Shown piece after piece: positions 24,369-38,375 of a stretch of DNA of 64,000 nucleotides. Origin of the DNA: Auanema rhodensis. Its lineage: Eukaryota > Animalia > Nematoda. The translations under genes were made by a program, and so were the position numbers. Position 1 is the first letter of the stretch; every line of letters starts with the position of its first letter. The DNA is taken from the NCBI GenBank assembly GCA_964057225.1, contig OZ059894.1, forward strand, positions 14,074,001-14,138,000. The letters are read 5' to 3'. Below the pieces are notes generated by a model that saw only the letters and a list, made by a program, of their open reading frames with translations, was not told where the DNA came from and searched no databases.

Positions 24369-26696
24369 TCACTTAAATTTCAGCCATTTAGGGGCATTAG
24401 CTTTGGCAGGTGGCTGATGATTGTTTTCAGAATCAGCACTTCTTTTAGGTATCATTGGCCGTTCATCAGCAACCATTAAACCCGTGTATAATTGAAAAAT
24501 AGAATTAACAGAAAGCCAATCTGAACCTATGTTATTTGCTTCATCAATATTGACCATTCGCACTGCGGATGGGATAATAATGGTATCTGAAGTATCTGCG
24601 TTTAAGAAGAACATTAAATCAAAACTAACCATAATCAACAGCGGTTTTGAATTTAACATAGATGGTTGCTTTTGGAGCAATGTTAACATCCACTAAGTTT
24701 TTAGAATCTGATTGTTCAACAGGATCGTTCAATGCAAAATTGAGAGCGAACTTTACATTAGTAGATAAAATAGATTGCAAAAATTGGAAAATTCGTATAG
24801 CTGAAAACGCAAAATTCAGATCTTTCATCGGATTTAACCAAACCTGGTTCCCTGGTATTAAAATTTGCTTGAATCACACGATTTCCAATAATATACCGAA
24901 CAATGCTATGTTGGTATGCTTCTAATTTGGCATCTCTATTTTTATTGTCAACAAAACTTTTAGGTAGAAGTGCTCTTTGGTTGTGATGTAGCCTGAAGAG
25001 TTTTTTTATAATATAACACATTTTTCATCATATAAACATACACATCCTGCCTCAATTCTCTTTGTCTTCGCTTAACATCACTGATTCCGACATCGAAAAA
25101 GTCATCAGGTTCATCAACTTCAATCGGTTCAGAAACAGCCTGCTCTTCTTGTCTAAATCTTTCTACTCTTCTCCTTATACCAAAAAAACAAACCTCTTGT
25201 CGAATAATACCGCACATCTATCACAAGCTTCCGCAAACACTTCCTTCGAAGTTTTATTTTCAAGACTATGCTCCATTTGAGAAGCTGCTGTTGCTATTTG
25301 TGAGATGGACATCGGTCCCCCATCGGCTAGTATTTCAGTTATGTGAGTACTACCTCCCATGGATATGGAATTGTCAACCTTAAATGTTTCAAATACGCAT
25401 TTGGTTAGCAGAAAATAAATAATTTTGTTATTGAATTTCAAATCAAACTCAGCTCAACCACAAACTTAAAACAAACATCAACAAAATTTTACCTGATTAA
25501 GAAGACGATTAAGGTAGGCAAGACGGCTGTTATCAGTAGAAACATTAGTGTTGCTACTCAATCGGTTCGAATCCGTGAAAGGCCGATCGAAAGACCTGAA
25601 AAAATGAACTAAACAACAGATGCAACAGTAATTTAATAACCAGTCGGAATTCGGTAAATGAGTTGCAGATGGAGGAGTCTGAATCCTATCCTGCGGGAAG
25701 ATTGCATCATTTTGCCTAAAATTAAGAATTGCTGATTGCATGCCAAAGTGCTTACATTATTTGTCCCGTAATGTTCATATCCACATCCATGGCTTCGAGA
25801 GTTCTCGCAAGTCTGTTTTCTTCAGATTTCTTACAGTCTTCCTCAAATTTCTTAAATAAATAAATAAATATAATGAAAAAAATACTACGAATGCCTTCAT
25901 TCGTTCCATCTCCAACTGTTTACGCTCTTCGTTTTCTAATCTTTTTTGTTCGAACTGGTTAGAAAGAATTTCTTTTTTCCGAGCCTCCATCTGAACTTTA
26001 TCTTCTATCTGTTTCAATTGTTCTCCAGAAAGTTTCAGACGTTGATACCTGGAGATTTAATAGTTTTCGAGGTTATGCTTGAGAGATATACCGCATGAGA
26101 CATCGTCCACTGGAAATTCCTATAGAAGATAAAGTTGTCGAATCGAGTTGTTGAGCAGAATACTAAAAACTTGAGATAAAATCAGTTCCACCATAAATAT
26201 AAACTTCTTTATTCATATATACACAGCTAGGTACACCGGCGTCATTAATAGTAATAAGATCTTCTTCAAACTCTTTTGAAAAATGATTAATGATATCATT
26301 TAAAGAGGTATTTATGCTGAACTTATGCAATTTTCTTCGTCCATCAGGAAGCTGCAAGAAAGCCTTCAAAAAATATGTAATTAATGCACTTTACCTGTAA
26401 AGCTATTTCTGCTTCAACAGATTTAGAAATGGGAGCAGGATGGAGTTCCAAGGATGCATTATTAGATAAACCAGAAAGCCGAAAGGGGAGTGACAGATCT
26501 ATGATTTTTTTTTGATTATATACAATATATTCATTTGGATCAAATCCTTGCTTCAAGCATGCTTCTTCCAGAACCTAAACATACAAAAGTCAAAGAAAAT
26601 ATATATGTTTAAATTTACTTCACGTAACAAAGTTTTAGGAGTAACTTTCACAATGCAACGTTTAGCATTAGGACAGACAATTGTTAAGCTGCTCAT
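24369..26696 (-). CDS. ASPSCR1: TUG/ASPL (tether containing UBX domain), p97 adaptor
   Basis: N-terminal ubiquitin-like VCPNAKRCIVKVTP...VLEEAC...IDLSLPFRLSGLSNNASLEL; coiled coil; EPDDFFD motif; UBX region (IVRY...VIQANF...AP); C-terminal PKWLKFK*. Confidence 0.9.
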
Positions 26697-27156
26697 TTTT
26701 TACAGATGAATGAGAATTAATATCTCTCAAAAGACATGAAATCCTCGAGACAGTGGCTGAATGAAGTTTAGATGATAAGTCGATCCTCACAAATTCAACG
26801 TCACGTACGTAGAAAATAATGAATTCAACTGTTTAAAATAATCAAGGCAAGGTTTTGTAATAGAAAATGCTAATTTTTCGAAGCTTTCTTGTGGTTTTTG
26901 AATGGCCTAAAGAATCCAAAACTAGTTTTATTTTACTTTTTAGAAAATCTTTTTTCTAGTTGTTATAATTCGTGGCAATATTCTCATCAGCCTTCACTTC
27001 TTATTGTCCATCCGACGAATACTATTCGCAAAATATTTATAAAATAAGTAGTCATCAGTTGAAAATAAGTTGTATTAAAGTTTGTTAGCTATTCCTGGTT
27101 ATTAATATTAAATTTCGTAATTTTCTGCTCTCATGAACGCGGAATAATCTTTAGAT
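26697..27156. promoter_or_regulatory. Divergent (head-to-head) promoter region between ASPSCR1 and PPCDC
   Basis: 460 bp between divergent ATGs, with an ACGT-rich patch (CAACGTCACGTACGT) near 26795. Confidence 0.5.
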
Positions 27157-28125
27157 ATGACTTCTCCAGAATCTAAAAAATTTAAACCTTACGATGAACC
27201 TACTACAGTTTCTGATTCGAGAGATGAAAAGGTTGACTACTACCGTGAAAGCAAAATACATCTTCAGGTTTCAGGGACCCAGACCAGCTTTGCCAACAAC
27301 ACATAAAATAAGTCGTGATTCCGCAAAATATCACCTTTTGATAGGTGTTACTGGCAGTGTAGCGTGTATCAAATTAGTAGAATTATTAGAACAGCTAAAA
27401 ACAACATGTATGACAGATAAACTTAACATTAAGGTAAAAATATACACGATATGAAAATGTTTTTTTTAATTTAGATTATAGCTACAGAAGCTGCTTCGAA
27501 ATTGATGAGCTCTCAAGCATTCAGCATTGAAGAAACAATATATGAAGATCGGGATGAGTGGTCTATGTGGCAAGGGAGAGGAGATCAAGTTCTACATATA
27601 GGTTTCAGTAGTTTTTCTAATTTTTGAAACTTGTTTTTCTTAGAACTTCGAAAATGGGCTGATGCTATGCTAATTGCCCCACTTGATGCTAATTCTATGG
27701 CAAAAATAGCACTTGGTTTATGTGATAATCTTTTAACATCGGTGGTGGGATTTGTTTCTTTTCAATATATTCTTAACATTTGTTCTCTGATTAGGTTCGC
27801 GCTTGGGATCCCCGAAAACCACTATTTTATGCTCCCGCTATGAACACAATGATGTGGGATAATCCTCTTACGTCGCAGCATCGCAAAACATTGAAAGAAC
27901 TTCTCCGATTTAAGGTTTGTTCTAATTCATCAAATTTTGAGTGTTTTTCTTATTACAATTTTCACTTTACTCTTTTTTTAGGAGATCCCTCCTATGGAGA
28001 AATCGTTAATGTGTGGTGATCACGGTATTGGTGCCATGGCCACAGTGAACATGATCTCAACGATTATAGCTCAGGACGTTAAAAATAAATTTTCAGTGTA
28101 TTCCCAAGTCAGAGAAAATTACTGA
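27157..28125 (+). CDS. PPCDC: Phosphopantothenoylcysteine decarboxylase (HAL3-like flavoprotein, CoA synthesis)
   Basis: LLIGVTGSVACIK, DEWSMW...VLHIELRKWAD, APLDANSMAKIALGLCDNLLT, APAMNTMMW, LMCGDHGIGAMA. Confidence 0.95.
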
Positions 28126-28318
28126 CAGTTTGGCCGGTAATAAAAGATATTACACACTATGTCCATCATTTTTTCATATGTTTCGTCGTTCGCTATCTAT
28201 TTAATGTTCTTCCATGCGATGTCTTAGCCAATCAATTGTATCAATTTCTTAAGTTAATCACATTAAATTTTTCAGTTTGATTTGTGTTTTAGTCTTAATT
28301 ACAACAAATAGTTTAATT

Positions 28319-29299
28319 ATGAGTGTGTGGGTATTTGGTTATGGATCACTTTTATGGTATCAAGATTTTCACTTTGTGAAGGTAAGGGGGTTTAAAGTTT
28401 CTTTTAGAAAGTGAACCAATTTATAGAGATTGTCTGGGGTTGTGGAAGGATATTCCCGCCGTTTTTGGCAACATAGTCCTGACCACAGGGGAACACCTGA
28501 AAAGGTTTAATTTGTAGTCATAATAAAATTCAATAACAAAAACAAGATTTTAGCCTGGACGTACAGTAACGCTTGTGCCCGATGAGAAGGTTTGATGAAT
28601 AACGTAATATTAATTATATTATCGATAAGTTTAGGGAAAATGTTGGGGTGTTGCTTTTAAAGTTCCTGAAGAAGCAGTTCGCGCAACAAGGGAATATCTG
28701 GATGAACGAGAAAAAGCAGGATATACGGTATAAATCTTATATTTTTGTATTATTTGAGTTAAATGAAAATTATCTACTACATGCATTTAAAAATGTGTTT
28801 AGAGAACTAGTGTGAAATTTGTACCCGATGCTCCAGGAGAAGCTCCATTTTTTGTTGAGGTTTGTTTAATGGAAAATTGTTCGTTATCAGTTATGCCCTC
28901 TAGGTTTATCTAAATGTTCAAGACAACGAACACTACGCTGGAGTAACCAGTAATGAAGAGATTGCATCTACAGTATACCAAAATTTTTGCGAATTTTATG
29001 TCATATCTATTTTTAGATTCTTTATAGTCATGGAGCTTCTGGATCTAATCTAGAATATTTGTTACGATTGGCTGATATTTTACATAAACAGGTATATCCA
29101 AATAAAAATTTCTCAACTAAAAATACTCAATTCAGGCACCACATTCTCCTGATCCTCATGTTTATGATTTAGAGTCAAGAGTTTTACATTTGTCTGAAAA
29201 ATACAACGAGGGTCGTGATATTCTTCAGAAGCTTGGTTACATCAGGTGAGCTTATTTAGTATTTGAAAAATTATGTTGTTTTTCAGATATGAAGAGTAA
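28319..29299 (+). CDS. CHAC: ChaC-family glutathione-specific gamma-glutamylcyclotransferase
   Basis: [66 protein letters not shown]. Confidence 0.93.
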
Positions 29300-30094
29300 A
29301 GGTCTGCCTCTAATCACAAATAAAAGTAGGATGTTTATTAGGAACGTTACAAATGATCAATTTTTCATACTTTGGTATCGTTACCGACTAAAAATATTTT
29401 ACTTTCCGAATCAGACATGATGTAGCCTTTCTGTACTCTCTTCTTTAATTTTAGGATTTGGTCTAAATTCGCAAAACGTTTAGTTTCCCCATTGAACATC
29501 TTCTTCAGTTTTTTCTCTTCCTCGTTAAACAACTTTTCTCAGTCAGGTGGTCGTCGTTCGTATTCGTCGTCCTCGTTGTTGTCGGTTGAATAAATATAAG
29601 ACAACTAGGCCTTCAACGCTCGCACCGCCTCGCGTCTGAATTCTTTTAGCACTTGAAGCCCCCTCTCCATGTGATTCACAATTTTCGCTTGGTGCTTTAA
29701 AACGTTATCAACTATCTTCTGTTGCCTACAAAATTGTAATCAGTTTTCTATTTCATTATATATACTGTCTCCCAGTCTACTTGTAAAATATCCATTTAAT
29801 TGTATATTATCCATTCAGTTGTCTATCTTAACTATTTTTTTCTACAATGTTGAGAATCCGCACTGTTCTGGTCACTGGGCAATTGTATCACATGTTTTTT
29901 TAGCCATTTTGTTATAAATAAATTATATCACATAAATTTTTTGTAATCGTCATGATCTTATCATTATGTCCTGTATAAATATACGTTTTAGTTATCATTT
30001 ATTTCATCCTTTGCTTTATGTCAGAACAATCAACAGAACAATTTTTGTGATTTGTCCAGAAAAGTTAAACTTTCAGTTTTAATTCCTCGCCCTA

Positions 30095-32461
30095 ATGACA
30101 ACAGTGAGTTTTGTTTTTAGCTTCATAGCTTTATTTTTTCTTTAAAGGAAACTTCTATTCCTAATGTCTTTTTCTCCGATGACAAATGTAACACCAACAA
30201 AGAGAACAACTTAGGTATGTTCAAACAAGTACAGCAAACTTTTCTTTTCTACCTACCCATCCAGATCGATTATTCCTTATGATACGATAATTTACCGTAT
30301 TTTTCATCCTATTAACTTAGGGACCGGTTTCTAAAGTGATACATCCCAAAACTGAAGGCCAAAATAATTTTTGATCAAAACTTCTATTTTTTGTGCTAAA
30401 CCGTACTTCCTCTTTAGTTAAGCTACCGTGAAGGTTACAGACCTGTAATTTTAACTTTTAAAATTACCTGAATCTATTTACATTTTCAGGTGCTACCTAC
30501 AACAATAGGCCTGCCTGTCTACCACATGTAGTACTTCAAGTAAATTGAAAAATTAATTCTGATTAATACTGTGAATTCTAGAAATCTATTTTTCAAGAAG
30601 GGCAGCTAACACCTTCAGCTGCTTCATCTCCACTCGGTCATCTTATGCAGTAAATTTCTTTTTACTCAACTTCATAGAAAAATAAAATTTATAGCAAAAC
30701 AGAAAAACAGAAAAGCCATACAGATCAAGAGGAAAAATCGAAAACTACTTTGAAAATAGCTTTCGCTACTCCACTAAATGTGAATACTGAGGAATCAGGT
30801 ACAGAATTGTCAAATTAAAACTTTTATATCTTTTTTTTAAGTATCAACAGTATCTCTCAATGTCGGGAAGCATCTAAAATGCAGTAAATTGATCTCCGCT
30901 CTTGCTGCTAATTATTTACATATTGAAAATAGTATTGCGGAAACAGCGTTTGCCCTTTGGATAATTTCACCATTACTTGGTAAATGAGTAGATGATTTTA
31001 TTCTTATATTTGTTTTATTAGAACTACAACTGAAACCCGAGCATCACCCTTATGTTGCTTATAAGTCATGGCAATCTTTCCTCAAAAAATTTGTGCCGCA
31101 TGTTTCATCAGAAGAGGCGAACAATGATGAGCCCATTTTAGTATTCCGTAGAAACGTTTATCTTAGTGCGGAGGACGAATTATCAGTTAGTGATTATCAA
31201 GTTATATTTAAAACATCACTTATGATGAATTTCGAAACTGAAAAAAAAAAGATTCATGGAAATTACAAATTTTTTTTTACAGATTATTAAAAAATGTCCA
31301 AAATGTTTGATGTTGTTATACCAAGATGCGAAAAGTGTCTTAATGTCGGGACGTTATATTCTCGATTCTAAAAATGCAGCTACATTGGCTGGTATTGGGT
31401 TTGCTATTGCTGCCACGACAAAGCAAAAAACGTTAACTGTTGACTACATGAGGTAATAACGCTCTCTATTTACACTTTATTAGAAATGTACTGTTTGCCA
31501 TGGGATCTTTCTTTTAAATTTCATAGACAACACATGGTCAATAGATTTGAAACATCGCATTTACAGGAAAAATTTGGATGAGCAGCTACCAGAATATTTG
31601 GCTGAAAGCGTTTTCAAGCCAGTGTTCTTTGGAAAATCGTTACCGAGTAAAAAGTAAATTATTGATTGAGCGAACAATCAAATCATAACTGGTAATATTT
31701 TTCAGTCGATTCAACGATGTCGAAACAAGCTATAACGTTTGGATAAAAAAAGATATAGATACTCAACGACAAGGTTATTTGCAACATTTAAGTCAGACGT
31801 GTCCTTGCTATGGGTAGTATACGTTCCCAAAAAAATAACTAAATATTAATTTACAGAGCTGCGTTTTACTATGGAACTATCGAAAAACCTTTATCACCAG
31901 TAGTAAAGGGTTTTAGAAAACTTGTTCGTTTGTTCAGCAGTGATTTATCAATCACCTCAGTCCGAATTGGAGTTAACCGAAACTCCATTACTATTGTCAA
32001 TCTGGAAAAAAATTCATTGATTTTTGCACAAAATATCAACGTCTGCTCTTTTAAAACAGTTCAAAAGTAACTTTAGTTAGCTTGGTGTTTGCATTTGAAC
32101 ATCTTTCAGCGAGAATGACATGGAAGAGTGTAGATTATTACTGACTTTTGACTATGACGAGAAGAGTGACGAAGAGGATTCTAACGATGAGTCATCCCCG
32201 AGCACCGTCAAAATTGTTCTTTTACAGGTTTTTATAACTATTTATATTTATATTTGTAAATTATTACAGGTATTTGGTGCCCAGAATTCTCTACTAAATG
32301 TTATATTGAATTCAATGAAAAAGGCATACACACCCATGGGCATTGAACGCCAATATTCAACTAAAACTACATGTAGTAGCAGAGAGATGTGTGTAGCTAC
32401 ATATGCTCAAGGAAAATGGACAGCTAATGGATCTTTACGGAGAGCGTTAAGTACTTGCTAA
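30095..32461 (+). CDS. FRMD8: FERM-domain protein FRMD8/iTAP ortholog (frm-10-like)
   Basis: [21 protein letters not shown]...W...DEPILVFRRNVYL, YQDAK...GRY, PCYGAAFY. The first coding exon is 9 nt (ATGACAACA|GTGAGT). Confidence 0.85.
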
Positions 32462-34025
32462 AAAGAAAGAAAGAAAACTACTGGGATCAATTTAACCAAA
32501 AATAATTGATAATTACTCGATTCAGTCTATGTATATTATTGAGGAGGGAAGAAGGTAAATAAGCTGTAGAGCTTAGTCTGTGCAGGAATTTTGAACCACA
32601 ATAGGAGTACCTGTACATATGCTACAACTATTCATTCGTATTCGTATTCGATGTATAAACTAGAATGCAATAGTTTGTATTAAATTAATATTCTCCGATT
32701 GTATAAAGAGTCTAAACTTCATGCACCTAAAAAAGTTAGAAAACAAGGCGCTTTATTAGACACCTTACCAGCCGTTATTTCGATTTTTATTAAGTGTGAT
32801 AAGCTGCTGTTACGGGTTGCTAAATAAAGAACTTCGATTTAATTTTATGATGTAATGAAACAATGAATACACAGGAAAGTAACATAATAAATCACAAAGT
32901 AATAGCTATATTGAAAGATTGAATATTATAAATAATTTTTTATTTATGAATATCGATCTTTTTTTTTCTTTTTGGCAGCGCTATGTCGCTAAAGGGTCAG
33001 GCGGTCAACAGCGGCGTTGCGCTCTACTCTCTTTCCATCTTTATCTCTCTCTCTCTCTCCCTCTCTCTCTATCCGTCTCACGTTCTGACTACATTTATCA
33101 CCAACCCCTTCGTTATTCCAAAGATCGCCTAACGTAGATGTAACTGTGACTTCTACGATGTTATTTCTTTACGGCTTTGATACATTTTGATGTTTAATTC
33201 TTTAATAATCTTAATGAGCACCTTATCGTTGTCATTATGTCCACTATATATCAGGATAGCCCTGCCTTATCATACTTGACGTGCCATGATAGTTCTGTTA
33301 CTGCGAGATGGACTGTTATTCATGCTTTATCTTCTTGTGGCACCGTTCATTCATTGCTCTTTCTCCTTATATTTTTTCTAGCAACTTCTTCTATGATTCA
33401 TATTCCCAGTACGCACTTTTAGTTGGTTATTTTCAAAAGATTACAAACGGCGCGTCGAACATTCTCGTGCTCCAGTGCTACGTTGTGTTGTACGTCAGTT
33501 CACGTGCTCAAGTGTTTGTCAGCAACGATTCATTTCTATGATATAATCTCTGAAAATCAGTTGGCTATGGCTTCTATATCCATTTCCATGTCCTACAGTA
33601 TACACCGGTTGCTTTCCATATATTTCTCATATTTCTGTGAGATAAAAGTCTAGTATTAGAGAGGAGATTTCTCGAACATTCGATACGCGCAGTGTTGTCA
33701 ACGTCTGCGCTAGTAAGGGCGACGTATTGTCTGTTTACCATTGTTAGCCACTCCCTACTCGTTGCAACCCTTTCAACCATTACTTTTTGAAATTTTATTT
33801 TATTTATTAAACATTCTTCTAATTGTTTTGGGAAAATCTAAGAAAAAGTGTTGCTCTAATTGTTTGATTCACGAATAACAAGACAGCCAAAGAAACACTA
33901 TTTATTCAATGAGTTGTTTTTTCTTTTACTATGATATTTTATGTGTGCATAAATTCGCATAAGAAATAGGTTAGGAGTTTATTATATTATACATCCTCAT
34001 TTTCAGAATCGAACTGCAATTTACA

Positions 34026-35061
34026 ATGACATCCTCTACATCCTTTGACCACAACTTCCTCTTCACCACATTACACCATAAGTTAGCTTTTTTTCTTTTT
34101 CGAAATTTGATATTTTCTAACTCAGGACCAATCGTTCTCGTAATCTTGAGGTTCGAATTGTACACGATGATAGTATAGCTCCACCATCTCTGCTGAATGG
34201 GAATTGGGTTGCTCCATATGATGTTGTTGGGTTGAATAGCAAGAAAGCAAAATTTGTTAAATTACGTTATCATTCATCCATGCAAGAATTATCCAGAATG
34301 TACCAACAACTAACTGAGACTGCCTCAAAAGAAGCTCGGAAGGTATAAAATATTAAAGATCATAAAAGCCTAATGAAATATTTAGTATCTATCAGCCTTA
34401 ATTGCTGACTCAGAATGGTCATTTCATGAGCCTGCAGACAACAGACCTACTATGATCCGCAAAATTGCAACATTTTTATTTGAAAAAACGGGATATGTAA
34501 CAATTTCACGGCAGAGGTCAGTTCAGGAATCTGAAACCTGATTTCATCAGTTTTTCAGCTTCCTGATAAACTGGGTTCTTAGTTCGGAAAATATATGCAA
34601 AAAGCGTAGTCTAGAAACTCTGAAAGATGTTCAGAATATCCTTCAGCACAACCATCTGGTTAACAGCTTTACTGTGACTGTCACCAATCAAGGTTTAGAA
34701 TGAGTATATATTATTTACGCTTCTTTGTTATTAAGATGATAACATACAAGTCGTAGAATTATCTTACTGTAAGGGAGAGTTGACTACTCCAGTGCTAAAG
34801 CTGGTACTTGAGAATTCAAGTCTCTTACCAGGGGACCATCCAGAAGCTTTGCGGGTAAGATTCATTAACATCTTTAACGAGCAAAAATAGGTCGATTATG
34901 TTCATATGATTCTGGTTTTTCAGATATTCGATCATGGAATTGAGTTGAGATTACTATTTCTTTCCAACGACGTTGATTACAAGCCGGTTCCTCTTATCGC
35001 GTCATGTGTAGTGTTCATTGAAAAACAAGAGAAACAGAAGGTTAGTCCAAAAGAATCATAG
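34026..35061 (+). CDS. Uncharacterised protein, ~260 aa, 6 exons
   Basis: TTTTCAG acceptor upstream; six exons join in frame with canonical GT-AG sites (MTSSTSFDHN...KVSPKES*). No family recognised. Confidence 0.8.
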
Positions 35062-35399
35062 ATATCATACGTTGCTCTCTCTATGGCCACATGTGTTTCC
35101 CTTTGAACAATTATAGAGAGCAAAAAGATAGGCGCGTATTAGGTGAAGTTGGTTAAAATGGGTTTATGTAAATCGGACCATTTATGTCCATTGTATTAAG
35201 GGAATAATGCATATGCCGCAATAATCTGCCAGCTGATCTTCTATAAGCAATTTGCTATGCTTTCTGGCCAATAACACTCTTTATTTCTCTCCAGCTCTCT
35301 CATATAGTCGAAGCTCTCTCCTTGGCAGCAGAATCAATATGTTGTTGTGCTGAATTCAACGTTGTTCCTCCGGCCCACCACACTTGTCTCTCAATACTT

Positions 35400-35708
35400 C
35401 CAAAATTATTCGCAGTTTTTATTGAGAATAGGCTTTTCTTCTTTTTTTTGTGAATGATCCGAACTGAAAAAGTTAAAGAAAATGCCGTGGGTTTTCTACA
35501 ATTCGGCTATTATATTCTCTGCATTAACATCATACGAACCGTGATCATCGTAAGTTCTTTTAAGTATACTTTTTTCATCTTTGGGATTAAAAGCGAAAGA
35601 AATATTTGCTCCCATTTTCTCGTATTCATCTAGCCGATGCGGATTCAAAGAACGATCAGTCTTATGATCATTTCTTTTGAATTGATGCGAATGCCAACTA
35701 AAGGCCAT
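35400..35708 (-). other. Possible small gene or degenerate coding relic
   Basis: 70-aa ATG ORF followed by a TTTTCAG acceptor at 35464-35470. The implied intron is only 36 nt and downstream frames are broken. Confidence 0.25.
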
Positions 35709-38375
35709 TGATGTTTTAGCCCGATATCCTTCATATTACTGATTGTTTAATGAGAGAAATTGTCTCCCATTTGTCAGTCTGTTCTAATCTCTTACTGTTT
35801 CCGATCGTCCTTTTTTTTGAAATATTGGAAGGCCAGCTAAACTGTCTATTTATTTATAACTGCAAGTGTCTTGAGCGATTCTAAATGCAAACTCAAGAAA
35901 GTCTAGAACTCACAATGAAAAAAGTCAAATACTTCCCAAGATGCAGTTTATTCTTCGAAACCTTGTATAACAGCACTATATCTATAAAAACTTTTTGATA
36001 CTATATTATATGCGACTTTTGAAATTCTCTCGGCAAGCTGCAAAAACAAAACATTAACAAATTGTTTATTGTTTGTTATCAGACAAACAAAAATTATATG
36101 AAGAAACAAAGTGCGACACTACGCAAACAAAAAAAGAAATAGTACTATTAAAAAATTAACAGCCAATTTTTTTTGTGTTGAAAAAAACATTTAAATCATG
36201 GCGGGAAGAATATTCGAATTTTTTGCTCATGCAATCTTTGACCCTCGAGGTTTTATTAAAAGCCCACGGAATGGATGCTCATATTCTCCGAGTCTTCCAA
36301 ATGCACCACCTAACATACTAGGCGGAGCTAAGATATAATTTTCATTTTTTTTAATGTTCTCTAGTAATGTGGCATGTCAACCTTATACTTTTCTTCTTTA
36401 TCCAATCCAACATCACCAATACATACATCTGTCTCTGTATGTGCACGTGCGTAGCAGAGTGAAAGCACTGTCTGGAACTCCTCTTTAGCTGTTGTGTCTT
36501 GCCTTATATCTAGTGTTCTATGCCCGTTGTTCATAGTCGATCGTCGCTGGGCTGACGGCCTTGCTGCAGCCTCAACTATAGGCCAACGACCATTCCTTAA
36601 CGACATGCCGTCTTTTTTCAGTTTCTAGTAACTATATGCCTTAAAATTATGTATATAAGAGCAGAATTTTTTTTTTACTGATTTTTACAGTTTTATTGGT
36701 AACATTTTTAGGACAGAAATTTATATCGTAATGCTGTTTTTTGCGCGTTATATTTTGGTTATGTTGACGTATAACACTTCAGACTTGTGTTTCGTCATCT
36801 TTTAAAAGTAATGGTCGCAATATAGAAAGTTATATCACAATCCACTATACGGCAAAAAATTCTACGCCCCTTTTTGTTGAATAAGAGGAAGCGTTTCTGT
36901 GTATATGCTGTTTTTTGAACTAATAAGCGTATTATTCAAATATCTTATGTTCCTCGTGTTAGATAAATCTTGCGATTAAATTGGATTTTTCAATCATAGT
37001 TCGAATATAAGAAGTATGTGAGCCTGAGACATTATTCGTTCCTATTTTGGACTGCTTTCCTATATTTCACCCTTTGCTAATTTTGCCAATAGAATCGAAT
37101 TTTCTTGGCCTTGCAGTAATTATAGTATTACTTTTAGTCACAAATAATCATTGAATTTGTACACGAAGATATCTAATCTACATTCTCTGTGTGAGTTATG
37201 GCTCTTTCTTTTCTCTGTACTCAATCGATTACCAAGTTTTTTGGAAACCTAATAATATTCCCAATATTTTCGGCTTTCCTTTAAAACGACAGACCTCAGA
37301 TTATGAACAGTTTTCAAAAATGCCGACCAACGCTGTTTTTGGGCTCTTGGTTGAACTATTTTAAAATTCTTTTCAGTCCACGTGAATGTTAAAGATGACA
37401 CTCACATTTTCAGTAATATTTAAAAATTTTGAAACTGATAAACAAGTGATATTTTGCATTCATCGTATTTCTTGCATCTGCCTAGATTTAATAAGATATG
37501 TTGATGTACATTGTGATATCTTTCGAGTTTTGCAAAGTTTAGATTATTCTTTGATCCCTTGCTGTTCCGTATATTAGTAATCTCTGCCGAATGGAGTGAG
37601 CCTAATTTATCCACCAAACAACACCATTTTTCTCTTGTAGCATAGCCCTTGGCCTCTCTTTTCGCGTTGGTCACATGATTCTGAGCAGTTCGGCCTTGCA
37701 TTTTCTGCTAGGGTCAGTAACATCAGTGCAGTTTTGAAGTTGTTTGACAAGAAGATTCATTGATGTGTCTTTTCACTTTGTATAGACCAATTCAGCGTTT
37801 TTGTTATCTCAACATCTCTAATATAATGTATTACTATCTTTTTCATTTAATGTAAACGATGAGCCCCATTGGTCATGTTTTAGTTGTAATTAGCTGCCAA
37901 ATAGAAGAAAGAGAAACTGATTAGATTTTAATTATGAATTATATTGAACTTATCACGGTTCTGTTTACAGTTTCAATTTCTATGAGACTTCTGATATGAT
38001 TCTTTATAATTTGAACATCGCATTTTATCACTGAATGATCTCATTAGTTTCTTTGTGGCGTTATACATTTTTTCTTGATAATGTAAATCTATAGTATAGT
38101 TTATTTCCTATTGGATAAGACTGAAGCTGATCTTTTTTCATTTATGTGAATCAATCTGTCCTTTGGACTCGGGATCAGTTTGTAATAGACTGAGGGTTGG
38201 GCAGCCCTGACGCACTTACTAATGATAATAGTCTTGCCAGGCCATTCATCTCATCTCATCCCATTTCTTTTCTTTTCCTCCTTATCCCCGTGACTCTGTT
38301 CCTTCCCAGTCAAAATGCTGATGTGTATAGCATTCTAATTTCCTTTTAAAATAGTTATATATTGTTTTCTTTCAG

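Noticed and set aside
25560-25580. GGTTCGAATCC, a tRNA T-loop/B-box-like sequence
   Set aside because: It lies in an ASPSCR1 coding exon and there is no cloverleaf.
36361-36606. 81-aa minus-strand ORF in a GC-richer patch
   Set aside because: No recognisable motifs or splice structure; more likely regulatory DNA upstream of the 38.4-kb gene.
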